Assembly: GCA_037379345.1 (NCBI GenBank)
Contig: CM074524.1
Location: forward strand, 16,860,750 to 16,924,749
DNA: 64,000 nucleotides
Direction: 5' to 3'
Source: Perna viridis
Taxonomy: Eukaryota
Shown: piece by piece, positions 28,301 through 39,146 of the stretch
Position numbering within the stretch: the stretch's first letter is position 1
How the letters are laid out: every line of letters starts with the position of its first letter
Program-made: the position numbers and the translations under genes
The notes under the pieces: generated by a model
What the model was told of the DNA's origin: nothing
The model's input: the letters and a program-made list of their open reading frames with translations, nothing else
The model's database searches: none

Positions 28301-31300
28301 TCTGTATTTAGTTCCTCAAAACTTTGTATGAGTTTTTTCTAATTATAATGAAAGGAATTTGCACGATGCCAAGGGTATGGAATGATCATTAATAATGCAG
28401 CTTAATGCGTATCCCCATTTTTGAAAGCTATATAGTAAAAGTCAACGCCTACAAATTTCTGTAATTTGCTTCAAACAGTTAACCCAGCACTATAGTTTGA
28501 GTCTTTAAATGGTATAGCTTTGAAAATGTCTAATAGTTATTCTTTGAGTTGTTTTAAATATGGCTAGTTTTTAGTAAAAAATATTGGCTTGTTTTTCTAC
28601 ACAAACTCGTTTGAAAATACAAAAAGTATTTATTTTCTTGGAAAATAATAGGAAATACTAATTCAATTGTAAAATAATACTTTAAAGAAAACAAAGCATT
28701 TATGTTAATGAAAAATGTAATAAGGCTCAATTAATACGTTGAATTTTACGACCATTTCAAGATTTATGCAGGAAATCATTTCATAATACAGAAATTGATT
28801 GCTTTTCTAAAGAAAAATATATTTTTGAGAAAACAAAAGTTAAATTTAGTACGCAAACATAGCATGTTTATATCAATATTTGTTGTGTTCTTATATTTTC
28901 CTTTGTTGAGCCCCATATCTGACATTCGTGAATTATCTTACTCTTTAGAACTCTTTATTGTAAACATTTGATACAAAATAGTTGGAAGAAACTTCTGTAG
29001 ATTCTACTTTCTTAACATTATATTTATCAACTGACTTTCTTGGAACTTTCATCAAATTATGGGTAAACCATGTTGGAAAAACTCTACCTTTTCTTTTAAG
29101 TCTGAATGAAGAAAATTTTCTAGGCACTTGACAAAGACAAGCCCACGACACATCATCTTCGAAGTCGTTCTTGTATTTCCCATATATACAACCAGAACTA
29201 CCCGAGGCCTGATTGATTCTGTATAGAAGTGACATATATAATGTTGACCATTCTGCCTTAACAACACAAATATGCCCCAAAAATCGTGATGAATTTGGCA
29301 TTTAAGCTAATAGACGATTGCAATGAGCACACTGCAAACAATAATGGACAACCCGTAGAATATGTCTTCAAATTGGGGCAGATAAATAACACTATAAAAA
29401 CTGTCTACATATGAATGTTGTACAAGAATTTGTTCCTTTACTTTAAGAAATTTTTGTCATTATTCTTGACCATAGTCTATTAGATCCTTAAATTTATCCC
29501 AAATATGGTTTTAGTTAAAATCCAAATAAACAGTTAACAGGGAAATGTGTCGTGAAGACATGCGTGTGAAACAAGGCACATATTTGACGGAACTTGATTT
29601 GACGTGTCCCAATTTTTGACACACATGGACCGAAAGTTCCAGTGAGCTTATGCCATCACTTTGCGTCCGTCGTCCGTACACGTTTACATTTTGCTCCACA
29701 ACATGAAAACTTCTTAACCAATTTTAACCAATCGTGGCAGAAATGATGTTTGCAAAAGCCTTCTGATTGGCTTTTTTCAAAGATCAACTATGATACCACA
29801 GGCGCCAATTAGGAAACTTGATAGGGTTAATTACCTGAATACCTTCTACAACGATCCACTTTTTGTGTGGCTCAGGTGATTCAGTGGATGGTTGCGACCA
29901 TTTGCCATTATAACCCGATGGGGAAATACATTTTGGCCTATTCCTTAACCTTTACTGAGCCTATGGTGACAAACCTTGTCTCAAGTAATAGTATGGATAA
30001 CTTTTACATCTAAAAAAGTTAACAAGGTATTTAAAAGTAATCTAGGGAAGCAAGGTTATAGGGTAATCAAAGGAATGTAATCCAGAGACAAAGACCAGAC
30101 ATGGAAAATAGACATACACAACAAAGAATAACTAAAATCATACATATATAGTAACAAAAGCAAATGAGCAACTCGGACTCCACTAAAAACTGGGAGCATG
30201 GACCAGGTGCACCGGTAGGGTAAGCGTCCTCTGCTTTTCTAAAAATACCAGCCGAGTTGCTCATAAAAAGTCAGGTCCGGGGCAGACAAAAGAGGAAAGA
30301 AAAACTATGACACGTTGAAAAAATCAGTTTTCAAGGTGTAGATGGATACACCATAACAATCCACGAGTTTATGATGACGACCATAAAGCTTCTGTAGTGA
30401 TGACCAATCTTGCAGCAACATAACCCTGTTTTGGAAGCCTATTTGGAATTCTTGCCTGATACAAAAAGTCTGCGTAGTTTCGGCAAGCTCTGACATAACG
30501 TATGAGTTGTGATATGAACACCCCATACGCAAGTGCTGAAGGGATGTTGCCCCAGATTAAAGGAAAGTTGACAATTCTGAATGAAAATTCATCACGTTTG
30601 TCGTAAAGTTTGGTTAATAGTTTTCTTTTATCATCGCTTTCTAAGTGTAGGTCAAGATATGAAGCTGCCTTTATAGTGTATGTAGTATCCTTTATCTCAA
30701 GTTCTTTGGGGTAGATGCAATGTATCAAATCCCAAAAATTAGGATTGTTTAAAGATAATAGGTCATCTATATAGCTAAACGATATTCTTTCTTTCGGATC
30801 AGATCAGCTATAAAGTCACCCTCATAAGTGTGAATGAATAGATCAGCAAGTAGAGGAGCACAATTTGTTCCCATTGGAATGCCGACCATTTGTTGAAAAA
30901 CGCGTCCACTACACTGGACAAATATGTTGTCGATTAAAAATTCCAGCATTTTGCAAACAATCTTTGTCTGTATATTTGGAAAATGATTTGGAATTATTTC
31001 TTACAAAGTATGAGGAATAACCAAGAACTATATATTTGTATCTATGTGTACCATCTTTTTTGGAAAAACGATGTTCTATGTTTTTAAGTCGGGATTTTAA
31101 CTGCGTTTGTGGAATAGAAGTATCCAGTGTAGAAAAATCATAGGTTTTAATGCTATTATATCCTGATAATAGTCTTGAACTGATTGTCTCTAAAGATCTT
31201 TCGAATTTTTCAGGATCCGCATTGAATTAATACCACTACGGGAGTAGGACTGCAGACCCTCTTTGACAGCTGTGAGTATAGAAGTTTTGAGTCAATAACA

Positions 31301-33497
31301 ATATATTCACGACCGATACAAAAATTGAATTATTGAAATAGCACGACATTAAACTAAATACATAGTGCCTAATTATGAAATACATTCGTTGTCTCGAGGG
31401 TCGTTTAGTACTTCAATATAATTTTATAATTTCATCTACATACAAGGCCGATTTTTGTAAAAGGGTTACAGCCAAGTTGTTTTTATTGCATCCACCGTGC
31501 CAAGTGATATGCCCACGAAGGTTTTATTAAGTACTTTTGTATCACAGTTTGTCTGCTTTTCCAAATTTAATTATTAATTAACGCTACTAGACCAAATGAT
31601 GACTGATATGACCATCCACAGTCATTTTGTGACTGATACAGGCATAAAATGTCTCAATCAACACTCTTTCGGTCTACGAAATATACATTTTGTCTACCAC
31701 AACGGTAAAAGATGTTGCATTAGTCATTTTTGTCAATCTAAATATAATAAAATGTTTTGGTAGACATTTTTTGCGTATGTCAAAAGATTATTTTGTTGAG
31801 TTGGTTAACAAAAATGTCTACGTTAACACTTTTGTGTTGGATAGACAACATGTGTCAACCTCAACGCAACAAAACGTTGTATTAGACATTTTGTGTCCTA
31901 CTCAACACACTTGCTTTGATGTTTTCAGATTGTCTACTTCAAAGCGTTTTTGTGTTGAGATTGACAAATTGTATTTTAAATAGACACGTTAAGTGTTGAA
32001 AAGATCAAAATATTACTAAGTAAAACAAAATAAGCGTTTAAATAGACAAAATGTGTTTGCATCAGTTATATTTTGACTGTGCATGGACATTACAGTCATT
32101 ATTGTAGCCAGCAGCGTAATTATGTTTACCATTTAGCCAAACAGGGTTTTTGGTTCCACAATGAAATATTCCTGGTGGGGACGTTGCCATATGTTCACCA
32201 GAGCTACTTAGAATTCTATACCATCCCTCATTTATGTACTCATCGGATATCGGTTCCTCGCCTGTCTGAAGAATGTACCCTGTCGATCTCTTCTCTTGAT
32301 TTTCGATAGAGCTACTGTTCAAGCAATACACTAAAAAATGTGAGTAATGTGTTGGTTCATTCATATAACAGATTGTTAGCAGTATGGCGTATGACCTCTT
32401 TTACATGATTAAAACAGAACGATTCAAATATTATAATAAGAAATTGTCCTTTCATAACATATCGATTTTAAATATGAAGTAACACAAAAACAATTAAACT
32501 GGTGTATTGGAAAGCTATATAGAACTAAGATAAGTTCATAGATATTAAATGAAATAAAGACAAGGAGCACTGTCAAATAGGAAACCAAACATTTAAACAG
32601 GATTCAGTAGTATACACAGAAAATACCCTGATATATTCATACAATTATTGATTATTTCCTACATTCTAAATACTATAACCTAATTCTTAAAGTAAAACTG
32701 TTTAAAAATAAAAAGAACAACCTGAAATAGCTTTATATATTTTTATGCCATAAAGGTTGGTTTTTTCTGAAATAAGGGTATCTGGAAGAGTTGTAGATTC
32801 CTCTAAGTATTTGTTACGTCGGAAAATAAACTTGTGGTTAGAGTCAGTGTAGTAGAAGTTGTCATTGTCCACGGCTATTCCGTACGGATGGTTGACAAAG
32901 AGAGTATTTTTGTACAAAAGTTTTACGTCCGTGCCATCTATATTCGCACTTCTTATTTCATGGAGACTTGCATCACACCAATAAAGCCTGTCTTCATCTG
33001 AAATGTTTTCAACAGTTATTGAAACACAAGAAACAAATGCTGGTAACAAAATGTAATAAAACGAATTCATTTACCGCTTAACTAAAAAAATGATATGTTG
33101 TAATTGTGATTTATTTCATAAAGTACCTTACAATACATGCAAGTTCGGCTTTTTTGTATTATTTATTGAGACAAATTTTCGCATTTCTCATTTTCCAAGT
33201 TATTAAATGTAAAAAAAAATGTTTAAACAATTATTGAATTGATAGTATGTAATAGAAAGTTATAAATCATCATTTGATAAGTAATTTTAGTGCCTTTTAC
33301 AGGTTATAAGATAACTAAAAACGTAGTTGTAATTTGTAAGCACGTTTTTGTACTTCACAAACTACATCTTACCAATTGCGAGACCGTTCGGCCATTGCAC
33401 GTGAAAATGGTCAGTTATGATAGTACTTCTTTCGCTTCCATCATATTTACACCGCTCGATTTTAGGAGAGGTTCCCCAGTCACTGAAGAAAAGTAAC
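5571..33497 (-). CDS. Multi-exon VWDE-like type-I membrane glycoprotein (YWTD repeats, D8C, VWD, EGF-like, mucin stalk, TM, cytoplasmic tail)
   Basis: 19 phase-compatible GT-AG exons in transcript order: 33373-33497, 32722-32997, 32130-32330, 27905-28063, 27138-27203, 26627-26883, 24496-24582, 18341-18715, 17461-17610, 16880-17092, 16362-16576, 15305-15677, 14713-14856, 13583-13769, 12219-12403, 9527-9778, 6929-8135, 6334-6433, 5571-5775 (TAA at 5571-5573). They join into one open frame. The 5' end is uncertain. Confidence 0.88.
6334..6433 (-). CDS. Transmembrane exon
   Basis: DYMTMITIIGSSFAGVFAVLVLIMVIVGLCYKVR, flanked by TTTGCAG and GTAATG splice sites. Confidence 0.85.
6929..8135 (-). repeat. 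Mucin-like Thr/Glu-rich exon with ~3.5 copies of a 195-bp (65-aa) repeat
   Basis: The anchor ATTGTGGAAGAG recurs at 7429, 7621, 7816 and 8011 (spacing 192/195/195); ORF 6924..8150. Confidence 0.9.
8229..8868 (-). mobile_element. 5'-truncated Penelope-like element (RT C-terminus plus 3' tail)
   Basis: ORF 8498..8896: SYLDLHLEID...TKLYDKHDVFSFRIVNFPF...PAYGVLISQLIRYARAC. Near-identical copies at 11.4-12.1 kb and 30.0-31.3 kb. Confidence 0.85.
11151..12111. mobile_element. Penelope-like insertion: inverted 3' tail (11151-11327, minus) plus truncated RT and tail (11416-12111, plus)
   Basis: FRYIDDVLSLNNP at about 11420. 11151-11327 is the reverse complement of the tail at about 11965-12111. Confidence 0.85.
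12789..12818. repeat. (AATAT)n microsatellite
   Basis: About six copies of AATAT in direct succession. Confidence 0.8.
16012..16252 (+). mobile_element. Penelope-like 3' tail fragment
   Basis: AGAAAAGCAAATGACGCTTACCCTACCGATGCACCTGGTCCAT...CCCTTGAT matches the tail of the other copies. Confidence 0.75.
16362..17610 (-). CDS. Three exons encoding the von Willebrand factor type D domain
   Basis: CQSVNDPHISTFDGSYYHYMEIGEFVLY...SCNCGVAVRSG...TEGLCGTL...FGNSWR; the DPH.TFDG and GLCG...SWR signatures of VWD. Confidence 0.88.
18990..21588 (+). mobile_element. Decayed non-LTR retrotransposon (L2/CR1-group RT)
   Basis: Frameshifted RT motifs: P(Q)QQRFQ, KAFHMDWRKGL, LYLVFVNDL, PALADDI, LYKSIVLPSTLYGCEVW. 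Ends in AATAAA plus a (GAAT)n tail at 21563-21588. The 5' boundary is approximate. Confidence 0.8.
22680..23660 (-). mobile_element. Decayed Tc1/mariner transposase (mariner-type)
   Basis: KVCARWVPHL (WVPHEL-like motif) in ORF 23247..23444 and PYPTCSPDQASCDFWL (YSPDLAPxD-like) in ORF 22727..22957. TIRs not identified. Confidence 0.85.
24779..25567. mobile_element. Candidate solo LTR (~790 bp)
   Basis: Starts TGTAACA and ends TATAACA, is GC-richer than the intron, and contains GCCGCCATCTT and an internal inverted pair ACCAGAGCGCT/AGCGCTCTGGT. No clean target duplication. Confidence 0.4.
25941..26140 (+). mobile_element. Degenerate tRNA-headed SINE candidate
   Basis: A-box-like TAGCCTAGTTGG and B-box-like GGTTTGAATCCC at pol III spacing; no cloverleaf. 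Confidence 0.35.
27322..27545 (+). mobile_element. Highly diverged Penelope-like 3' tail fragment
   Basis: GGGTG...CACCCGTGTTTTTGTTGGTGTGTGTGATGCT then a T-rich run and TGTCCTTG, parallel to the other tails. Confidence 0.4.
27905..32330 (-). CDS. Two exons encoding a UMOD/GP2/OIT3-like D8C domain
   Basis: YCLNSSSIENQEKRSTGY...GWYRILSSSGEHMATSPPGIFHCGTKNPVWLNG joined to TLPENG...VCMQ...CEHSWNISILKCQNGVYLYQLTPTMPNSSYCF; the GWYR, CGTxxPxWL and YxLxP...YC motifs are present. Confidence 0.8.
29628..29890 (+). mobile_element. Non-autonomous Helentron/HINE-like fragment
   Basis: GTGAGCTTATGCCATCAC...GCGTCCGTCGTCCGT...TTTACATTTT and a terminal CTCAGGTGA, resembling bivalve HINE ends; recognised from memory of the family. 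Confidence 0.45.
30034..31290 (-). mobile_element. Longest Penelope-like copy: RT core to 3' end, with no C-terminal endonuclease
   Basis: KTYDFSTLDTSIP near 31120-31145, VGIPMGTNCAPLLADLF (ORF 30767..30949), RFSYIDDLLSLNNP, ASYLDLHLE. The stop after TDFFNVS is followed directly by the tail. Confidence 0.88.
32722..33497 (-). CDS. Two exons encoding LDL-receptor class B (YWTD) repeats
   Basis: LLFFSDWGTSPKIERCKYDGSERSTIITDHFHVQWPNGLAID joined to EDRLYWCDASLHEIRSANIDGTD...HPYGIAVDNDNFYYTDS; YWTD-type motifs FFSD, YWCD and YYTD. Confidence 0.85.
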
Positions 33498-34154
33498 CTA
33501 AACAAAAAAATAACAATCGTTTGCTTTATGCAAATCTTGCATTCGTATTATCATGCAGATTACTTATCATTTATTCAATATTAAACCATAAAATTGTCTT
33601 TGTTTACTTTGTGCTGCATGTATTCTTGGGTTAAGATTTTGTCCTGTCCAAGCAATCTGGTCGTTCTATATCTTTGAAATGTATGTTTTAAGTCAGGACC
33701 ATTGTGGTACCAGCTACCCCGTTGATGTAAAATCTACTTTGTTGGATCGGATTTGTGTTTGGTAATTTTGTTGTTATCCGTTGCTCCATTGGTACCATAA
33801 ATATATTTAAGCAGAATTCAACTGATACAGTGACACTTCATTTTGAGACATTGTCGAAAAATTATGTATTGTTGAGGCTTTAACATGGAAAGCACGAATC
33901 ATTTTGTCTATGTGCTGCTTGATTCTTAAGAGAAAATACACTACAATGTGGAAGTAAAGACAAACGGTCGACGACATTACAAGTTAAACAGAAAAAAAAA
34001 ACATACCATCGACGATAGCAAATGTTTATTTTTAGCCATCTCCGCATTAGTTAACGTATTTTTATCATGATTCATTGTATTACTAAATGAAATCGCCAAA
34101 GTGTGATCTTTTTATGGGACCCCTTACTGCCTCGTGGTGTTGCCACACTTTTAA

Positions 34155-34408
34155 TAGACCATACTAACTTACAATATGGTGGGTGCCACTGGTGGAGCAG
34201 AACATGCCGACCCTTTTTGGAGCACCTGATATCACTCCTGGTATTTTATTGGAGTTCATATTGCTAGTACATTTTTTTAGTGACGGCTTGTTTCCATTAT
34301 CTTCAGATCTAAAACTTTGCTGCATTGGTTATGTAGATCGACCGTATTTCCTGTTTTTAAGTTCAAGCCATGTACTTGGGTTTTGACTTATTTGAACTAT
34401 CCCATGGT
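34155..34408 (+). mobile_element. 3' tail of a second, related Penelope-like subfamily
   Basis: GGGTGCCACTGGTGGAGCAGAAC...GGAGCACCTGATATCACTCC...GGAGTTCATATTGCT has the same layout as the other tails with a different sequence. Confidence 0.55.
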
Positions 34409-34499
34409 TGACGCAACGGTATTGTTGTCAATGATATTTTGAAGGAAATGTTGAAATTGTTAACTATTTTAGGGAGTTCAAAGTGAGGGAATGGATTTT

Positions 34500-36100
34500 A
34501 TTTTTGTAGTGTATGTTCGAGATTTTTAAAATTAGTGTATATATAAAAAAAAATTCTAGTCTTAAATTATTCCAATAAAAAAAGACTAGATAATGAGACA
34601 ATATGGGAAGTCAGTAAGAATCACAAGAGGTTTTTTTTTTGCTGAGCCGCTATTAGCCGAAACGCAAACGCGTTTCATCGTTATGATATCGTTAAATGAT
34701 ATTTTTACCCATCAAATAAAAAGTCTTTGAAGTTTAAGTTTAATATTGCATAAAAGGCAAAAATTCTAAGCAAAGTTTTATTCTATTGCTGATGCCGTTT
34801 CTCGTTTTCAGTGGTTAAAATCCGGCAGTTAGCTCAAGACGTAGACAATTCATGCAGCTTTACCGAACCATGTTTCAACTATTAAAATAGAATCGGATAG
34901 ATTGTTAGCAAGTTCTATATGCGACAGTACAAGAAAAACGTATGAAATGGCAAGATTCACTTTTAAAAAAACGATATTTATTAGACAATACTTGGCCAAT
35001 TGCATCTTACCAAATTTAAACTTTTCAATGAAAATGTTGTCTGCCAAAACAATATTGTTTGTTTTGTTTGTTGGGGTTTAACATCCGAGCAGCAATATTT
35101 CAGCTATATTCAGACGATGAACATGAAATTGATGATAAAATGAACATGAAATGATGATGAAATAAAAAAGGGGATGGGATACAAGGACAATGGGGTCAAC
35201 AAATTTTGATTGCCACTGGAAAAAGGGAGAGGTGGGTAGGGTCGGGCAATTTAGCCTCCTGTGGCGGAGCCCTATGGTTCCTACTCCGGGAGAATACCAC
35301 AGTAGGGTTCTTTAACGTGCGAGGAACGTGGCATCATTCCCAACACGGTGCACCACTCTGGTTTGCGGTCAGGTTTTCCGTATTATAGCCTGACAACCTC
35401 AGCATGTAACACGCCAGGGGTACCCCATTCCACCACCTGGGGCACACATCCCAGTTGCTCTGTGGGCAGAGCGCCCTAGCCCCCGGCTAGGGTTCTGAGC
35501 ACTATTTAGTCGCCTTTTACGACAAGCTTAGCGCTGCTGCAGGCCTATTCTTTTAACACTCGGACCTGCACGGGGCGCCAAAACAATAAAACAGATATAA
35601 ACGGGATTTTCTTCTACTAAAGGATACAAAGTACTCAAAAGACACAACCAATACTTTTATCATTTCAAGGATAGAAGGACTGCAAAGGCAAAATGTTAGC
35701 AGGGCCAAGATCACACTTTCAGTACTTGCAAAATTAATTAAGGCTTTTTTCAAGCATTTGTTCAAATGAGTACGAATCTACACTTTCCAGAAAATCCTTG
35801 ATGTTAGCATTTTTTTGCATGAGGAGGTTCACTTCTAAACGCATAGAAAATTCCAGTTCATCGGCAATTCAAAATTGTGATGTCAGCATTACCAACAATT
35901 AATTGTGCGTCCCTATGAAAAGGAATAAAACCAATCAAAAAGGTTATTCATCAAATGTTCCTATAAGAGCAAACATTTTGTACCAGACCTTATGATTTGG
36001 TCAGAGATCAGACTTTAATTGCATGGAATCATGACATTGAAAATAAGATACAAACACAGTGGCTTAATTGCACAATTTGGACATTTATGATTGAGGAATA
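34500..36100 (+). mobile_element. Second decayed DIRS-like remnant (RNase H end and YR), interrupted by a SINE
   Basis: IADAVSRFQW...RQLAQDVD near 34786; YR N-terminus LLASSICDSTRKTYE near 34901; resumes after 35580 as DTTNTFIISRIEGLQR...ITLSVLAKLIKA...EYESTL...LMLAFF. Boundaries are approximate. Confidence 0.6.
35057..35576 (-). mobile_element. SINE-like element with a structured non-tRNA head and (CAAA)n tail
   Basis: Minus strand starts CCCCGTGCAGGTCCG...GAATAGGCCTGCAGC...GCTTGTCGTAAAAGGCGACTAAA and ends GATGTTAAACCCCAACAAACAAAACAAAC. It is a GC-rich block that splits the DIRS YR frame. Confidence 0.7.
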
Positions 36101-38557
36101 TCAGTTTTATATTCCATACCCGTCAATGAATGCATCAGAGTTAGTGCTTTTCAAACACGACAATACATATGATTCACTTACAAGCCTAGGTTTACTTCTT
36201 AACAACATTGAGGGAGCACTTGAAACGTACATGTTTTGATATGGACAGGTTTTTCGTGACAGAATGCTAATGGTAATATTGTGCTTGAGTTACCCTGTAA
36301 AGTATAAACAGTTTTACGCCAATAGATCGAGATCCGTCTTTTTTTTTTAAATACAATGAAATACATAATTAAATTTTATCCACTGCTCCAAAGATGATAC
36401 ACCTTAAGTTATACTGCATTCTACTACGAATTCTTATGTGCTCTCGAGTTACAGTGCAGATAATGTCAACTGACAGAAGTTGAGAATCTCTTTTTCATTT
36501 GAAAATATTTGAATACGGACAAAGACATTTTGTTACCAGCTACCTAAAGGTATGATATGTCCATTCACACGTAATTTAATACCGGTATTTAAAACTACAC
36601 AGCTCTTAAGTAGATGTTGGATATGTGTTTTATGTACATTTAAGGTAATTTTAAAATACATATACGCAAATATGTATTTTGGGACAAAGGATGCTTCATA
36701 TAAATCGTATAATGCTTATATTTGGAAGAACTCTTAGTAAGAATCATGCAAAATCTAAAAATGTGCTACAGCCCAAAAAAGACTACATATTTTTATTTTT
36801 GTAATTAAGTTGTTTTAAGGGTCCTTATTATGAAATGTATAATTATTCATTCAAATCTGTTTGCTCTTAGGGGATAATCAGCATTGAAAATCCAATGGAT
36901 TCTGTTGTATTTGAGTGTAATTTACAGAGTTATCTCCCTTAATTTTGAAATTTACAGTGCATTTTATATAGTTTATATCTCCTAAGAATACGTGTTACAT
37001 GTTACTTTGACAATTCAACTTTCCCGATATTTTGTTCATTGAAACCTACTAACAGGTAAATAAATTAAGAAAGCATTAAAGTTCTTCTCTGTCTAAGAAT
37101 CGGGCAAAATGTATATAGGGTGTGGCACATTCGGGGAAAACACAGAGATTTGATTCCATTAACCAATCAATTACACCTGATAACCATCAGAAATAATCAT
37201 CAAAGTGTTTGTAAAATTTGCTTTTTAAGATATTGATAGATCGAATATAGTTGAAATGCACTATGGAAAAATGTGAACACATTTGTATTAATACACTTGA
37301 TAACTAAGAAATATACAGAATGTAGTGGAGAAAAATATTTAAATCAGTAAAAAGGAAATTCTGAATTATATGTGTTTTTGTTGTTTGCTTTCTTTTTAAT
37401 CCGTGAAATTGATTGATTGATTGATTATCTTTCATTCTTCCATGAACATTAAGAGCATATTATTGTTACATTTGTATATACGACTCAAACTTATTCCAGG
37501 AAGCACACAGACAAAACATATCTACACGTGAAAGCACATAAATTAAATCCAAAGTAATGTCATATCATCATAAAATACATCTAAGTGAATATTTTGCAAC
37601 CCAGTTTCAAAGATACAAATGAGGTATATATTTTGCATAATACTAAGTAACAGTTAAATTTTATGAACTATACCATAAACGCATCTACCTCACTATGTGT
37701 CTATTTAAAGTTAAAACCAAAATAATTCTTCACTTTGTAATTAGTTCATATTATTGCAACTGTGCAAAATAATACTTGGTTGCATTAGTCAGATGCCAAT
37801 CTAGTGTTTCGTAGGAAATTATAAATGCCTTTAATATTCAGAGGTTTATCTTTCTATGTAATAGGTTATTTTAGTTTTTTTTTCAAAATAAAATTTGTCC
37901 ACAAAAACAAATCTGCCTAATTAGTTTTGCCTTTAACATAATATAAGGTACATCTCTTGAATTAATCCAAAAATATTGTTTCAATTTCCTATATATCTTG
38001 CCTAGTTGTATTTACCCGCAGCGTTGTAGACGACTCTTGCATTTGTAATTATTTCAGTTTTCAAGCTAAAATGCACATTCAATTGATAGAAATAAAAACA
38101 ATTAAATTTCAAACGGTAAAAAAGCCTTTTTTAATTGATGATGTATGTCCATGTCTTTTATCAAAGACACATACTTTAAAAAAATGCCATTAGTATTACG
38201 ATTCTTCTTTTAAACATGAGTTATTCAATCGTTAAAAGCTATGAAGTTATTTGTTAAAAATGTTGTATAAAGACAAACATCTGGGCGACACTTTTTCCTT
38301 TGAATGACAACTGAAGCACAACGACCCGGTCCCTATTTTGTAGACATGACAATTCGATGATTCACAAATATTGTGTCGAAAAGTACAATTAATCTGATAT
38401 TTTTTGAAAAAGTTTAAACTTGTAATATATTTTTGTGTAATTATGTCAAAACTTTAACGGTGTTAACAAAGTGTTAATAAATAAATCATTTTTTTTTCTT
38501 TTATATTCACTATATTTGTAAATGTCAATACAACATTACCAGTTTAAAGCTACTTAC

Positions 38558-38618
38558 CATCATATTCCACTGAAAATAGAAGCAAATATGAGAAAATGAA
38601 TAAGAAAATAAACTTCAT
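38558..38618 (-). CDS. Putative first (signal peptide) exon of the VWDE-like gene
   Basis: ATG at 38618 gives MKFIFLFIFSYLLLFSVEYD(G), followed by a perfect GTAAGT donor in phase 1. Basic residue then hydrophobic core. Confidence 0.6.
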
Positions 38619-39146
38619 CTTTTTAACCAACTACTCCTCTCTAATACACTCTCGTTTGTGTACTTCCTTGTATTTGGTTTGTGTACGTTGACAGCAATCT
38701 ACTTGAACGAATTATTGAACCAAATATTCATTTAAAAGTAGTTTTATTCAAAAGGTATGCGGAAGTGGTTCATGGCCTATAAGAATTTGATTTCAAGAAA
38801 CATAGTGGTATTAATGGATCGTTTATCCAATATTTTTGAAATGTTTGTTTCTTAAATATTTTGGGATATTTTTTTTTCACTGATTAAGACTTAAGCAGTA
38901 AACATTACCGGGGATAGTTTCCATACGTTTTCATAGTAATGATTCCAACTTTCATTAACGCTTTTATAATAGCAAAAATGCCTAAAAATAGATGTAGTAG
39001 TATTCTCAAGAATTTTAAGACAAAATGTTAAAATGTAAAAGGTATGCAGAAAATATCAGCTAACAGATGATTTAAAAAAAGAGTTCTTAATTTGTTCAAA
39101 ATCTTATTTAAGCATAGTTCAATATTGACAAAAGACTTCTTATCTT

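Noticed and set aside
36182-36294. Candidate bridging exon with good AG and GTAAGT sites
   Set aside because: Stop codons in all three minus-strand frames and no YWTD similarity.
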